Positions 13,967 through 25,597 of a stretch of 64,000 nt of DNA are shown here, in pieces; the stretch's first letter is position 1; each line of letters begins with the position of its first letter. Position numbers and translations under genes: made by a program. The notes beneath the pieces are model-generated. The model did not search any database. It saw only the letters and a list, made by a program, of their open reading frames with translations, and was not told where the DNA came from. This DNA comes from Paragordius varius (lineage: Eukaryota > Animalia > Nematomorpha), in NCBI GenBank assembly GCA_964247055.1, contig OZ176052.1:2232001-2296000 (forward strand), given 5' to 3'.

Positions 13967-15704
13967 ATGATGATAAAATTAGGGCATTTTTGGTTTTATG
14001 CGATTCGTTGGTTTATCTTGTTTATATTCCTTCTCAAACATATATCGTGTGGCAATGTTTATAAACTTAATGAAGATAATGTCGACAATATTTTTTCTGG
14101 GAGGTGGATGATCAAATTGTATAAATAATTTTTATATTTAGTTATGCGGATTGGTGCCCTGCTTGCCGTGATTTAACTTATCCATGGGATCAACTAGAAA
14201 AAGAAGCCGATAATTTAGATATTAATATAGGATCCATAAATATTGAGCGACATCCAGGTTTATCTAATTTATTTCTAATTTACCAGAATTAAGTGGACGT
14301 TTCTATGTCACATCCCTACCGACGATATATTAGTAAAAAATATAACTAATATTTTAGCATTGAAAATGGTGTTTTTCGAAATGCCAAATATTTAAACACT
14401 GCTGATAAGTTAATTGATTTTGTCAAAAACAAAGAATACATAAAAATTGATCCGTTACCAGTTTGGCGGTCTCCAAAATCCTTCCAGTATTTTGATTTCT
14501 CTAATTAATAGAATGCGATTATTGGGAAAATTTTACAAATTCTCATTGCGTATTAAGGTATATGCAACATTTTATATCATCATAGGATTTGCATACTAAA
14601 ATGGTAGATGTTTATAAAATCCCTGTTTGGGCATCTTATTTAATTTTTTTGGTCGCAACTATTTTGATCGGAGCCTCTATGGGAATGGTAAATTTTTTGA
14701 TTAATTTAAATTAACAAATAATTTTAATAAACTATTCGTTAAAATAAATATAATTAATTTTATATTTTTTCACTTCGATTTATAACCTAAAAATTCATAT
14801 TTTTTCACGAATTAGACTCTGAATCAAGTGATTTTTTTGGTTTTGATATATTTTTTGTGTTAGTTGCCAGAGTTCCGGACATTAAAATATTATTCTTAAA
14901 AATTCTTTTTGTTTTTTTTTATTTCATGGTTTTGGGTTCTTTTTTGAATCTTAATAGCCATTTTAGATACATGTTAAATAAAAATATAACCTATAAACAC
15001 TAATCTTTAATGCAAAATATAAATTAAATACTATTAGGATGACTAAAAAATTATTAAGAATGGGGTTTTTAATAATTGAAAAAAATAAAAAATTTAAATA
15101 ATTTTTTAAAACGTACTTTTTTAGTTATTTTTTATATTTTTTTACCAAATCGAAAGGTAATAAATGATTCTGATTTCTTGGTTTATCATCTTTTATTATA
15201 TTGTTCTTCATAATTATTTGTGTTTTGTTTAACATGACCATTCTTCATTAATTTTTTAAAACAACTTTTTTCCTTATATTATTGTAACAAATACAAATAA
15301 ATGCAAATAATAAAACAAAACAGGAATATTACATTATTTTTATATTTTCAAATTCACTATTATTAGTCTTTATATATAAGATTGAAAAAATTAAAATAAT
15401 ACTTACATATCAGACTCAAACTCAATTTTATATTTGAAATACACAAAATTACTTTTTAGGGCTTAGTATTTGTCATGGATTTTTATGGGTCACTCCGAAA
15501 ATCGGATTCATACATGGAGGATGAAAATATTATACAACAAGGAAGGAAAGAAAAACCACACCATAATGGCCAAGGGGACGACCATGAGAAAGAAGTAAGA
15601 ACTTTTTAAATAAAATTAGTATATTTCAAAAATGATTTTTATGTCCTTAAACGCTCGTTTATTTTTAGATAACCCTTAAATGCTTCGTAAAATTATTTTT
15701 ATAA
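13967..15704 (+). CDS. TMX1: Thioredoxin-related transmembrane protein TMX1-like
   Basis: Signal peptide MMIKLGHFWFYAIRWFILFIFLL, then GRWMIKF|YADWCPACRDL...HPE|LSGRFYVTSLPTIY|IENGVFR, and a TM segment IPVWASYLIFLVATILIGASMGM|GLVFVMD. Introns at 14119-14141, 14258-14286, 14333-14357, 14487-14511, 14558-14585 and 14688-15459 all keep the frame. The exon ending at 15594 is secure; the last exon (15669-15704) is tentative. Confidence 0.9.
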
Positions 15705-16331
15705 CAGTATATATACAAAATTTAATAGTATAAATTAAAATATGTTTATTGAAATAAATAAATTAAAATACGTTTATTGAAATAACTGAAAGACAATAAG
15801 TAGACGATAGGGCTCTCTGTATGTAAAGTGCATAATAGTAGTCAAAGGATTAAATTTAATTGGTTTCTTTCGTTTGTCTTTAACTCTCTCTCTCATTCTC
15901 TTATAATATTTATTTTTTAGATGTTTACATTTGTAGGTTTAACATATCTAACAAAGTTTAATTTTCTCACCTTATTTGTTTGATTTTTCTTTTTTGCCAA
16001 CCAATATTATTTATAATATATATCAAAATATCAAATTTATATATTAGGATTGATCAAAGAATCTCAATTCATCAATTTTTGTTGAAAAATCCATATTTAT
16101 TTGATACAATATTTTTGTTATATAATATGCATTCCAATTGTATTAACTAAACACTTCCATCCAAAAACTATACATAATGTGATGCTATTTACCCTTTTTT
16201 TCATATGTACTTAACATTAAATAAACATATTTTTAAAACCTATATAATAAATGAAACAATTAATAAATATATTTATTAATCTATATTTTAACAAAACAAT
16301 GTACAAGCATGAAATTATATTGTCGATATCC

Positions 16332-19300
16332 TTATTCTGAAGAGCATATGGCATCAGACATTTCATTTATAATGAAATCTAGCATTTCCTTGCATTGAAT
16401 GTGTTCTCCATTAAGAGCTAAACCCTTAAAAGAACAGAATTAATTAATTATATGTATTTTTGGAACAATAACAAGGTTGACAAAAATATAAAAAAAACGT
16501 TCTTTTTAGGCTTAAGGAAATATGTTTGAAATGAGTCTCTCAAATAAATTCCTTATTGTTATTTGGGTAATCATATAAAGGTGAATTTTCAAATTTATTA
16601 TTGCGAACAAAGGGGATGTTTATAAGGATTAAAATAATTTTTTTAAAAAAAATATAACTTCATTGAAAGCATCAATGGCTAAATGTGGTTTATTCAATAA
16701 ACCATAAGTTATTCCTAGTGACATGTAAAAATCGGACGTTTGTGGACTCAATCGTTGAGCTTTGAGAAAATAGTCTAGGGCTGTTTCATACTTTCTATAT
16801 TGCAAAAAATCAATAAATAATCAGACACAAATATTGTAAGAGAATTTTTCAGCCAAAAAACACAAATTTATTATTAAAAATAAAATTATAAGATGATTTG
16901 TGGATGGATTATCTTTTCCATAAAAATTTGGCTTTGATGCATGACATGACGATAAAATTAGTTAAAAACCTTAAAAAATATTCACACCAAACTGCAAATC
17001 CAAATAAAAATACATTTATTTCCATATCTTACTTCATGGTTAAAGCCAAATTTCCCATATTAGTAAACAACGGTTCCCAATAAGGATTTAGTAAAGACAA
17101 TAATAAATCAGTATCATGATATTGCGATTTTATATCTGAGGTATTATCACCTTTATCTATTTCAGATTTTTTATCGTTTCCATATATGCTATTTTGTTGA
17201 TGAGTTGTAGTTAAAAGTTCCAAACATGCATTGAAATATTCCCAAGCTATGTCATACCTATACAAATTATGAGTAAACGGTGGTAAAATTAAAATATAAG
17301 CTAATATATGTTAATTAAAACGAATAAAATGATTCTTTTAGTATCAAAAACGTAAAAATAAAATATATATCTAAATTCTCCCCATTACCTGATCTTAATA
17401 AATAACGCCTATAAATAAATTTAATCATCGTATTCGCAATTTCCTCTTATTGTTAGTTTTGAGACAACTATTAAAATTTCGTTACCTTCCTGAAAACATA
17501 TTTTGAGCCAAATACCAAAAATACTATATATTTAAAAAACAAAATAATGGAGTTTTTATTTTTTCATATAAAGGTCATAATACTTAAATGATGAGCCATG
17601 CATTTTACCCTATCAAATATGCGAATAAGATTTTATAATAAAGAGACTGTTTGGAAATAATTTATGACATAAACTTAGCAATCTATCTACACTATTTGGT
17701 AAAACCAATCAAAAAATCTTGTTTTTTTCACTGTTTTAACTTTAATTTAACAAAATTTAATTTCAAAAAAGCTTCACTTTCATATTTATAAAAAATATAC
17801 ATTTCACATTGATATGCGACATAAGCAAGTTCGTGCAATATAACCGGATCGTTTGGATATAATTGACTTGCTTTCAGGACATATTCCAAAGCTACCCGAT
17901 GATTTTGAGTTAAGGAATATTCCAAACCCACATAAAGATGTGCCATATGACAACTATCAGATAAATACGGTGTTAAACATAAATAAATGTTTAATTCTTA
18001 GACATATCAGGGATCATTTTTAAAATATAGATTGTAAAACTTAGAAAAGCTTTTATTTCCCTTTTGAAACAGACTCAAACACTATATAAGCAATAAAATT
18101 CAAGCCTTAAACAGTCTTTGGTTAATATAATCAGCCATATTTTTTAAAACTAATAGCATGTATGATTAATATGAGATATAGAATTGTGACATATGTACCA
18201 AATAATAAACGGATAAAAAATAATTTAGGTTAAAAAAATTTCCAGCCTACACTTTTTGTTTGAACGGCCATCATTAAAAAGTTTAAATTCCACCCTTAAC
18301 GTTTTTCATCTCCTATTTATAATCAAAACTGGATATTATATATTTGTAGCGATTAATATATTTTAGTGCTCCTTATTTAATTCACATATAAAGAAACTTA
18401 AACCTTTTCCCTTATCGTTTTACACCTTACTTTTTTATTAACACTGTATTCTACATTCCATCTTAAATTTTTTTTATTATAATTAATTAAAGTAAACTTT
18501 GGATTATGTTTAAGGGCTTGATAATAAGCTGTAAGAGCTTGATTTGGTTCACTTAAATAATGGTATATATGTCCCAGGAGGATCCAAGAAGGCGCAAATG
18601 TTTTATCAAGCGCTGTTGATTGATGCAAATATTTTATGGCTACGAATTTTTCTTGCAGTCGATAATAGCAAGCCAAAGCATATAGCGATACCTAAACATT
18701 ATAATAAAACAGACACATTGCTATGTTTATAAAAAAAAGTCGGGAGACCTCTAAAAACAGATAGGATAAAACTAAAAAGTTCTATTTTTTAACTTTAAAT
18801 TTTTTACCAACTATCATTTGCCAACATAATTGTGTGGTAAAAATGACTAAAAAATTTTATATGTCATATGGAAAAAAAATCGAATTAAGGCCCTTATAAA
18901 TGTGTTTAGACAAATAGGATGAAAATTGTATTTGCATGAACATTTACAAAAATAGTCGGTACAAAAAGAGGTAAAAATGGGTATTTTTTAAAGTATAACT
19001 TTGGCTGTAAACTCTATTTCTTTATAAAGTTTATATGTAAAGCAGGGCTTCTTAAAGTATGGGTCGCAACCCCATTTGGGGTCGCGTAGCAAAATTATGG
19101 GGTCACGAGTGATAAAAATACAATTTAACAAAACATGTTTTTTAACTTATAAAATTATTGTTATAAAGAAAATAACAATCATCGTAGATAAATCTATCAT
19201 AAAATCTTCTGGTTGGAAAGACTGTTTATACCGGCATGATCATTATAATATCTTGTATAAATTTACTATGAATCAAAAGATGTTATAAAAATTAATAAAA

Positions 19301-22300
19301 AATGTAGATTTATTTTTGTCAATCTCTTAAAACCAAAATAATCCTGGTAAATATTATCAACGAAATTTCGAGAAACTATATAAAGATTTCGTGTTATTTT
19401 CATTTAACCATTGTATAATTGTGAACGAAGTGCATGTTATTCCGAATAAGTCAGTTTAAAAAAATCCATTTATACTCGGATATTGTTGGATCTACCACCA
19501 GCCAGTTAAATGAATTTATTTTATCGGTGAAAGTATTAGTGTTAAATTTTAAAAAGATTATTGTTATTATAGGACCAAAATATTTTTTACTAAACGAAAA
19601 TGTTAATTTGCTGCTTTTTTTCAAAATGATTTGTGGCTATCCAAGCTGTGTTATTTGTCAGATATTTTTGGGTCAAACGATTTTCACTTGTCTCTTCAAT
19701 TGCGATATATTTACTTTAAATAATAAAATTGAAATCATTTGGAAAAGTAGGGTCAAAAAAAATTCGTTCGAAATGTTTTCCAGTGTCGACAATTTTGTAA
19801 TTAAGAAAATTCATTGTAAAACTTTTATTGCAAAAACTATTGTAGATCACTTAAAAGTGTTAGAAATACAGTATATTTTATATTAAATATTGATTTACAA
19901 AAAATAGTTTGGATTCAAAAGCCGTTTTAGATAGGCTTAAGTGAGAGATCGATCATTTGCCACTTAAAGCTCAAGAGGAATTTGCTAGGCTTTCGTGTGA
20001 CTAAAGCTTAAAACTACAATTTAATAAAAAGCCCTTGACAGAATTCTGGATCGGAACTAGAACAGAGTTTCCCACAATCGCCGATATGGCATTAAATGTA
20101 CTTCTGTCATTCAACACCACATATTTATGTGAAGTTACTTTCTCAGCTTCAATACACATTAAATCCCAATATCGTTCAGAAATAAAAAATGTTGAAGAAT
20201 GAGGTCTTACATCCAGTAGTTTCAAACATTACACCAAGATTTTGTTATGCAATAAAAAACAGACATATCCATCTCATTATTTTTAACGTAAACTTTAATT
20301 TAATATTTACCACGCAACTACTTGGATATATTGGAAAGAATTAAGACGGTCAAAATCCACTTTTGTTTTTTAAACTATAATAAAATTTTTCTAACATTTA
20401 GTGCAAATTTAAATTTTAGATTTTTATATGTTTTAAAAAGAATTCTAAATTTATATATTTCATATGCATATGTATATTGTTACCTAATTCTTAATATATA
20501 ATCAAAAAATATTATTTTTTTTTAAATTTGTTGGGAATCATAAATGGGGTACTGTAAGGTTGATTTATTCACGTATAGCAGTATGGTATAATAAAATAGA
20601 GTTGAGCGATAAAAAGAAAACCAAAATAAAAAAGTGAGTTGCTATTATATCACAAGTTCTTTTTATGTGTGCATGCCTTATTTGCGTAGACGTTACACAA
20701 TGGTTATTCTCAACAACAGATAAGCTTTAACACGAAATATATATATATAATATTGAAATACAAAATAACTGATGCAACATGAATTGAGTGTGTTAACAAA
20801 ATAGAATATTATAACCTTACATTACTCTCCCCCTAAGTTAACCACGGGGGCTGTCGTGTTCGTACATTATACCTATAAGTTTAAACGATCGGGAGGCTGC
20901 CGTCTTCTTAGCGGATATCTACGCTCGGGTAGGTCAGAAACCTCCTTTACCACGTCGGGTGTAGCCTCTACAGGCGTCAGCGATTCTGGGGTACGTCTTG
21001 CCATGAGGTAGCAGGCGTTGGGGCATGGACTATTTGAGATTCCGAGGTGGGATGGAAGGTTTGTTCGGAGTGGGCCTCGACATGACCCGGGACACTTTCG
21101 ACGCTGGGATATTTATGCTCTATTAAGGGATTAGTTTCGTATGAATTCCCTCCTGACCTACGTCGTAACTGATCTGCATGTTTACGTTTTCGAATCCCTT
21201 CCTCATCTTGCACTTCATACGAGAGTAACCCCCTTCTCTCCAGAATGTGACCTGGCCGCCAGCCTACGGCCATTTCATTTTTAATATAGACAGGATCGTC
21301 TTGTTGGAATTCGCGTCTCGGTTCATTTTCGTGCTCTATAAATTCGACAGGGGTTGTTTTTACCCAAGAGATAGGATTGTGTACACGCCGTTTTAGGAAT
21401 ATGGCGGAAGGAGTTTCTTTTAGCGAAGAATGCATGCTAGTTCGATACGAATAAAGGACCGTGTTGATAGCTTCATATGCATGCATTTGTTGGGTCTTAG
21501 TAGCGGCGTATTTCGTTTTTAATGTCTTTATTACTCTCTCTACTAGACCGTTTGTTTTGGGGTGATAGGGTGCTGCACAGATGTGCTTTATATTCATATG
21601 ATTTAGGAGAGTCGTAAATTCTCTTGAAGTAAAATACGTGGCGTTATCGGTCACAATTTGGCGGGGAAAACCAAATCGTGCGATGTGTTTTTCCAGGCAA
21701 TTTAAAACGCTTTGACTCGTTATTGATTTAAGAAGATCTATCTCTACCCACCGTGAGGCGCTATCGATAGTCACTAACCAATAATATCCGTCCACCGGTC
21801 CAGCAACATCTATATGTAACCTTTCCCATGTCAAAGTGTTAAAATTCCATCGATAGGGAAGATTTTCAGGTGCGTTAGGTCGATAGGTTTGGCAAGCCTC
21901 GCACCTTTCCACATAATTCTCTAGATCGGTGTCTAATTCGGGCCAAAATACCGAACACCGGGCTTGGGCTTTCATTGTTTTTAGCCCGCTGTGTCCCGTA
22001 TGCAGAAGTTTCAATATCGTTTCCTGCATCGCTTGTGGTATCACTAAGCGATCATTCAGGTATAACAGATTATAACAACACTCCAAGTCGTTTTTATGTT
22101 TTAAAAAAGGTTTCAGATCTTCGTCGATCCAACTGTTTGTCCTGAGAGCATTTTTAACTTTTGATAACCGTTGGTCAGTGATCGTTGCCTCTTCGACCAC
22201 TTTCTTATTTACATCCAGCGTTTTTAGAGCCAAATATCGTACCTGCTTGGTGGCCGCGTCGGCTAAGTTTTCTTCCCCTTTCTTGTAAAATATTTCATAC

Positions 22301-25300
22301 TCGTACCCGATGGTCTTCGATATCCACCTGAGCAGTTTGCTATTATTAATGTTGTTGATGTCTCTCTTCCGCCCAAATAGTGACACTAGCGGTTTATGAT
22401 CTGTATATATCTCGAAAGGTCTTCCATATATAAAGTATTTAAATTTTTCTAGGGCAAACACTATGGCTTTGGCCTCTTTTTCGATCGTGGAATAACTCTT
22501 TTCTGCTATTGAACAAGTTCGTGACGCGTAAAAAATTGGGCGTTTCCCCTGTGGGGTCTTATGAAACAGTATTGCCCCAAACCCCTTGTTGGAAGCATCT
22601 GTTTCGATCAACAATGGAAAACGGTCGTTAAATGGCATTAAAGCGGGGGGCCTGGTTAGCAAGCTTTTTGCTTTCGCGAATTCACTATCATCTGCCGGGG
22701 TCCACCGCCAAGGTGTATTCTTTCCACTTAACTTGTGTAAGGTTGCTAGGTGTGGGTGACAGTTTGGTATAAACCGCTCATGAAAATTTATTAAGCCTAA
22801 GAACGAACGTAGCTCAGTTTTGTCTGTAGGTGTCGGACAATTTTTAATGGCCTCTAATTTTTCATTGGACGGCTCAATACCTTGGTCAGAAATCACGTAC
22901 CCCATGTATTTGACTCGTGAGATACCAATTTGCAATTTGTCTCGGTGCAATCGTAATCCCGCCTCTTGTAACCTTCTAAATACTTCCCTTAATCTTTGAT
23001 CATGTTCCTCCCTGGTAGCTCCGGAAATTAAGACATCATCCAGGTACACACAAATACCAGGTATGTCCTTTAAAAGATTGTCCATGCATCTTTGAAAGAT
23101 AATAGGTGCTGAAGTTAATCCGAATGGAAGTCGCTGGTAAGCATAAAACCCTTTGTGAGTTGTGATGGTTACTAGCGTCTGTGACGCCCGGTCTATCGGA
23201 AATTGTAAGTAAGCATCTTTAAGGTCTAAAGTGGAAAAAATTATCCCATTTGCCACTTTGGTGGCCAACTCGTCAAAAGTAGGTATCAGATGAGAATCTT
23301 TTGCTAAATAACGGTTGATACTAATTCGGAAATCGGCACATATCCTAATTTCTCCATTTCCTTTAACTATATTTACTGTGGGAGAGGCCCATGTTATTGG
23401 GGTTTGGGTCGGATCGATAGGTCGGAGTATTTTGAGTTTAACTAATCTATCAATTTCATTTTCTACTAAAGGTTTTAGAGTTAAAGGTACCCTACGACAA
23501 GGAAAAACTTTAGGTTTGGCCCCGGGGTCGATAAATAATTTTATTGGGGGCCCCTTGAAAGTACCTAACTCGTCTGAAAACAATTTGTCAAAATAATCAA
23601 ATAACATTTTATTATTAGGTGCTTGCGTATGTAAAACTGAAAAAACATTTTTTGGGAATTCTAACCGAAACACCCGCATCCAATTCATCCCGAACACTGC
23701 TGGCGGGTTAGTTTGCGTCACCACGCAGGGCAGGCACTTCTCCTCTTCGTTCAAAACCACTGAAATCATCGATTTTCCGAGTACTTCTATCGGGCCATCA
23801 TTGTAGGTTCGCAAATTTGGAGCTGGGAGCAAACGAGGTCGACCAATATTTACCCAAGTGCGCTTGCCAATAACGGATACCTCGGCGCCCGTATCGTAGA
23901 TAAACGTTGTTGGTATATTATTTATTAATACTTGAATCCGGGGGGTGTTGTTCGGGCTAGTCATGGTGCGGATTGACGGCCGTCGGAACGTTGCCTTGCA
24001 TACTGTGCTGAAATGATTCCATTTGTCGCAATTGAAACACCGTTTTCCTTTTGCCGGACAGGTGGCGGAACCATGTCGATACCCACAATTACTACATAGC
24101 TTTCGGGTTATTTGATTGATTGTATTATTATCATTAACAACTGGTTGGATACTTGAAGGAAGTTCACTGGTATTATTATTGTTCATATCATTATTATCTC
24201 TGATGTTGTGAACCTTTTTATCTTCTAATTCATAGGAATAAGCGATGTCTACAATCGCTTGAAGGGGTACCGGACCCCCGTCCTTTTTGCCATCTGGATA
24301 TTTGGATTGAATTTCGCGTTCTACTCTGGGATTTTCAAGACCTACTAGGAATAAATCGCGTAATTTTGACTGAATATCCCCTTCAAATTTCCCGGCTTCA
24401 CACTTTGCCTTCAGACGTTCCAGGAAATCCATGACTGATTCATCTGGCATTTTTTTTAATCGGTAGAATTCAACTCGATTTAACCATAGGCTGCTGATTG
24501 GTGAATATATCTGAGTGGCCAAGGTTGCAATTTCCTCCCATTCCATGTCATCTATGAGTTTTGGGTATGCTAACGTTTCGATTTTCATTATTACTTGAAT
24601 ACCGCCGAAAGCGAGAAAAGTGCGTTTCATTGTGGTGTCATTGGATTCGATATTTTTGGAATTTAAGACTCTCCTGATGTGACGTATATATTGCGTAAAA
24701 TTCATCGGCTCCTTAAAAGGCTCCAAAATCAGTTTTGAAATGTCCAACGCTTGGCTCATTGAAAGCTAATACGGCACCAAATGTAAGGTTGATTTATTCA
24801 CGTATAGCAGTATGGTATAATAAAATAGAGTTGAGCGATAAAAAGAAAAACCAAAATAAAAAAGTGAGTTGCTATTATATCACAAGTTCTTTTTATGTGT
24901 GCATGCCTTATTTGCGCAGACGTTACACAATGGTTATTCTCAACAACAGATAAGCTTTAACACGAAATATATATATAATATTCAAATACAAAATAACTGA
25001 TGCAACATGAATTGAGTGTGTTAACAAAATAGAATATTATAACCTTACAGGTACGAATTACAAAAGTTTAAGAAGCCCTGTAAAAGAAAAGTCAATACAA
25101 AAATAAAAGACAACATTTCGTTTAAAAGGAGCATTTATTATTAACAAGATTTTTTGGTCAAATTAAAAGTTTTTCATTTAATGTGTTTTTAAATCAAAAA
25201 TTTCCAGCTATTATGGTCCAAAATTTTGTCTCAAATTAATAAACATTTTCCAAAAAATATATAAAATAATAATTAAGTAGAAGAATAATATACGTGGGAA

Positions 25301-25559
25301 ACATGCATGGTAGAAAATTCGTTGCACAATTTCATTAAATCTATGTATTAGAAATTTAAAATAGATATTATATTAAAGGAATTTAAATATAAAAGTAAAT
25401 AATTCAATTATTGATGACATATTAGTTAAAGAAATATATGAAAAAAGTTTCAAAATCATTACTTATTCCAATTGTTTACATAAATTTGTTTTAAAAAAAT
25501 TATTTATAGATAACTAATAAGGCGGTCAATAAATTTGGCTAATTTCTGTTTTATACCCA

Positions 25560-25597
<38 letters not shown>

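Larger units (their letters stand above)
20553..25049 (-). mobile_element. Full-length Ty3/Gypsy LTR retrotransposon (Mag-like), 4497 bp
   Basis: LTRs at 20553-20821 and 24782-25049 run TGTAAGGTT...AACCTTACA. A 5-bp TSD GGTAC sits at 20548-20552 and 25050-25054. PBS, PPT and a single gag-pol ORF are present. Confidence 0.97.
19043..25080 (+). mobile_element. Decayed hAT (Charlie/Buster, ZBED5/FAM200-like) DNA transposon, ~1.5 kb excluding the nested LTR element
   Basis: TIRs cagggcttcttaaagt (19043) and agtttaagaagccctg (ending 25080) match 15/16. GGGGTCGC subterminal motifs are present. Broken transposase fragments WLSKLCYLSDIF and EFWIGTRTEFPTIADMALNVLLSFNTTYLCEVTFS...KQTYPSH lie at ~19630-20280. 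No clean 8-bp TSD was found. Confidence 0.85.

Noticed and set aside
19434-20225. ORFs 19434-19886 and 20001-20225 as independent genes
   Set aside because: They overlap the frameshifted hAT transposase relic, whose recognisable peptides lie in other frames or on the other strand.
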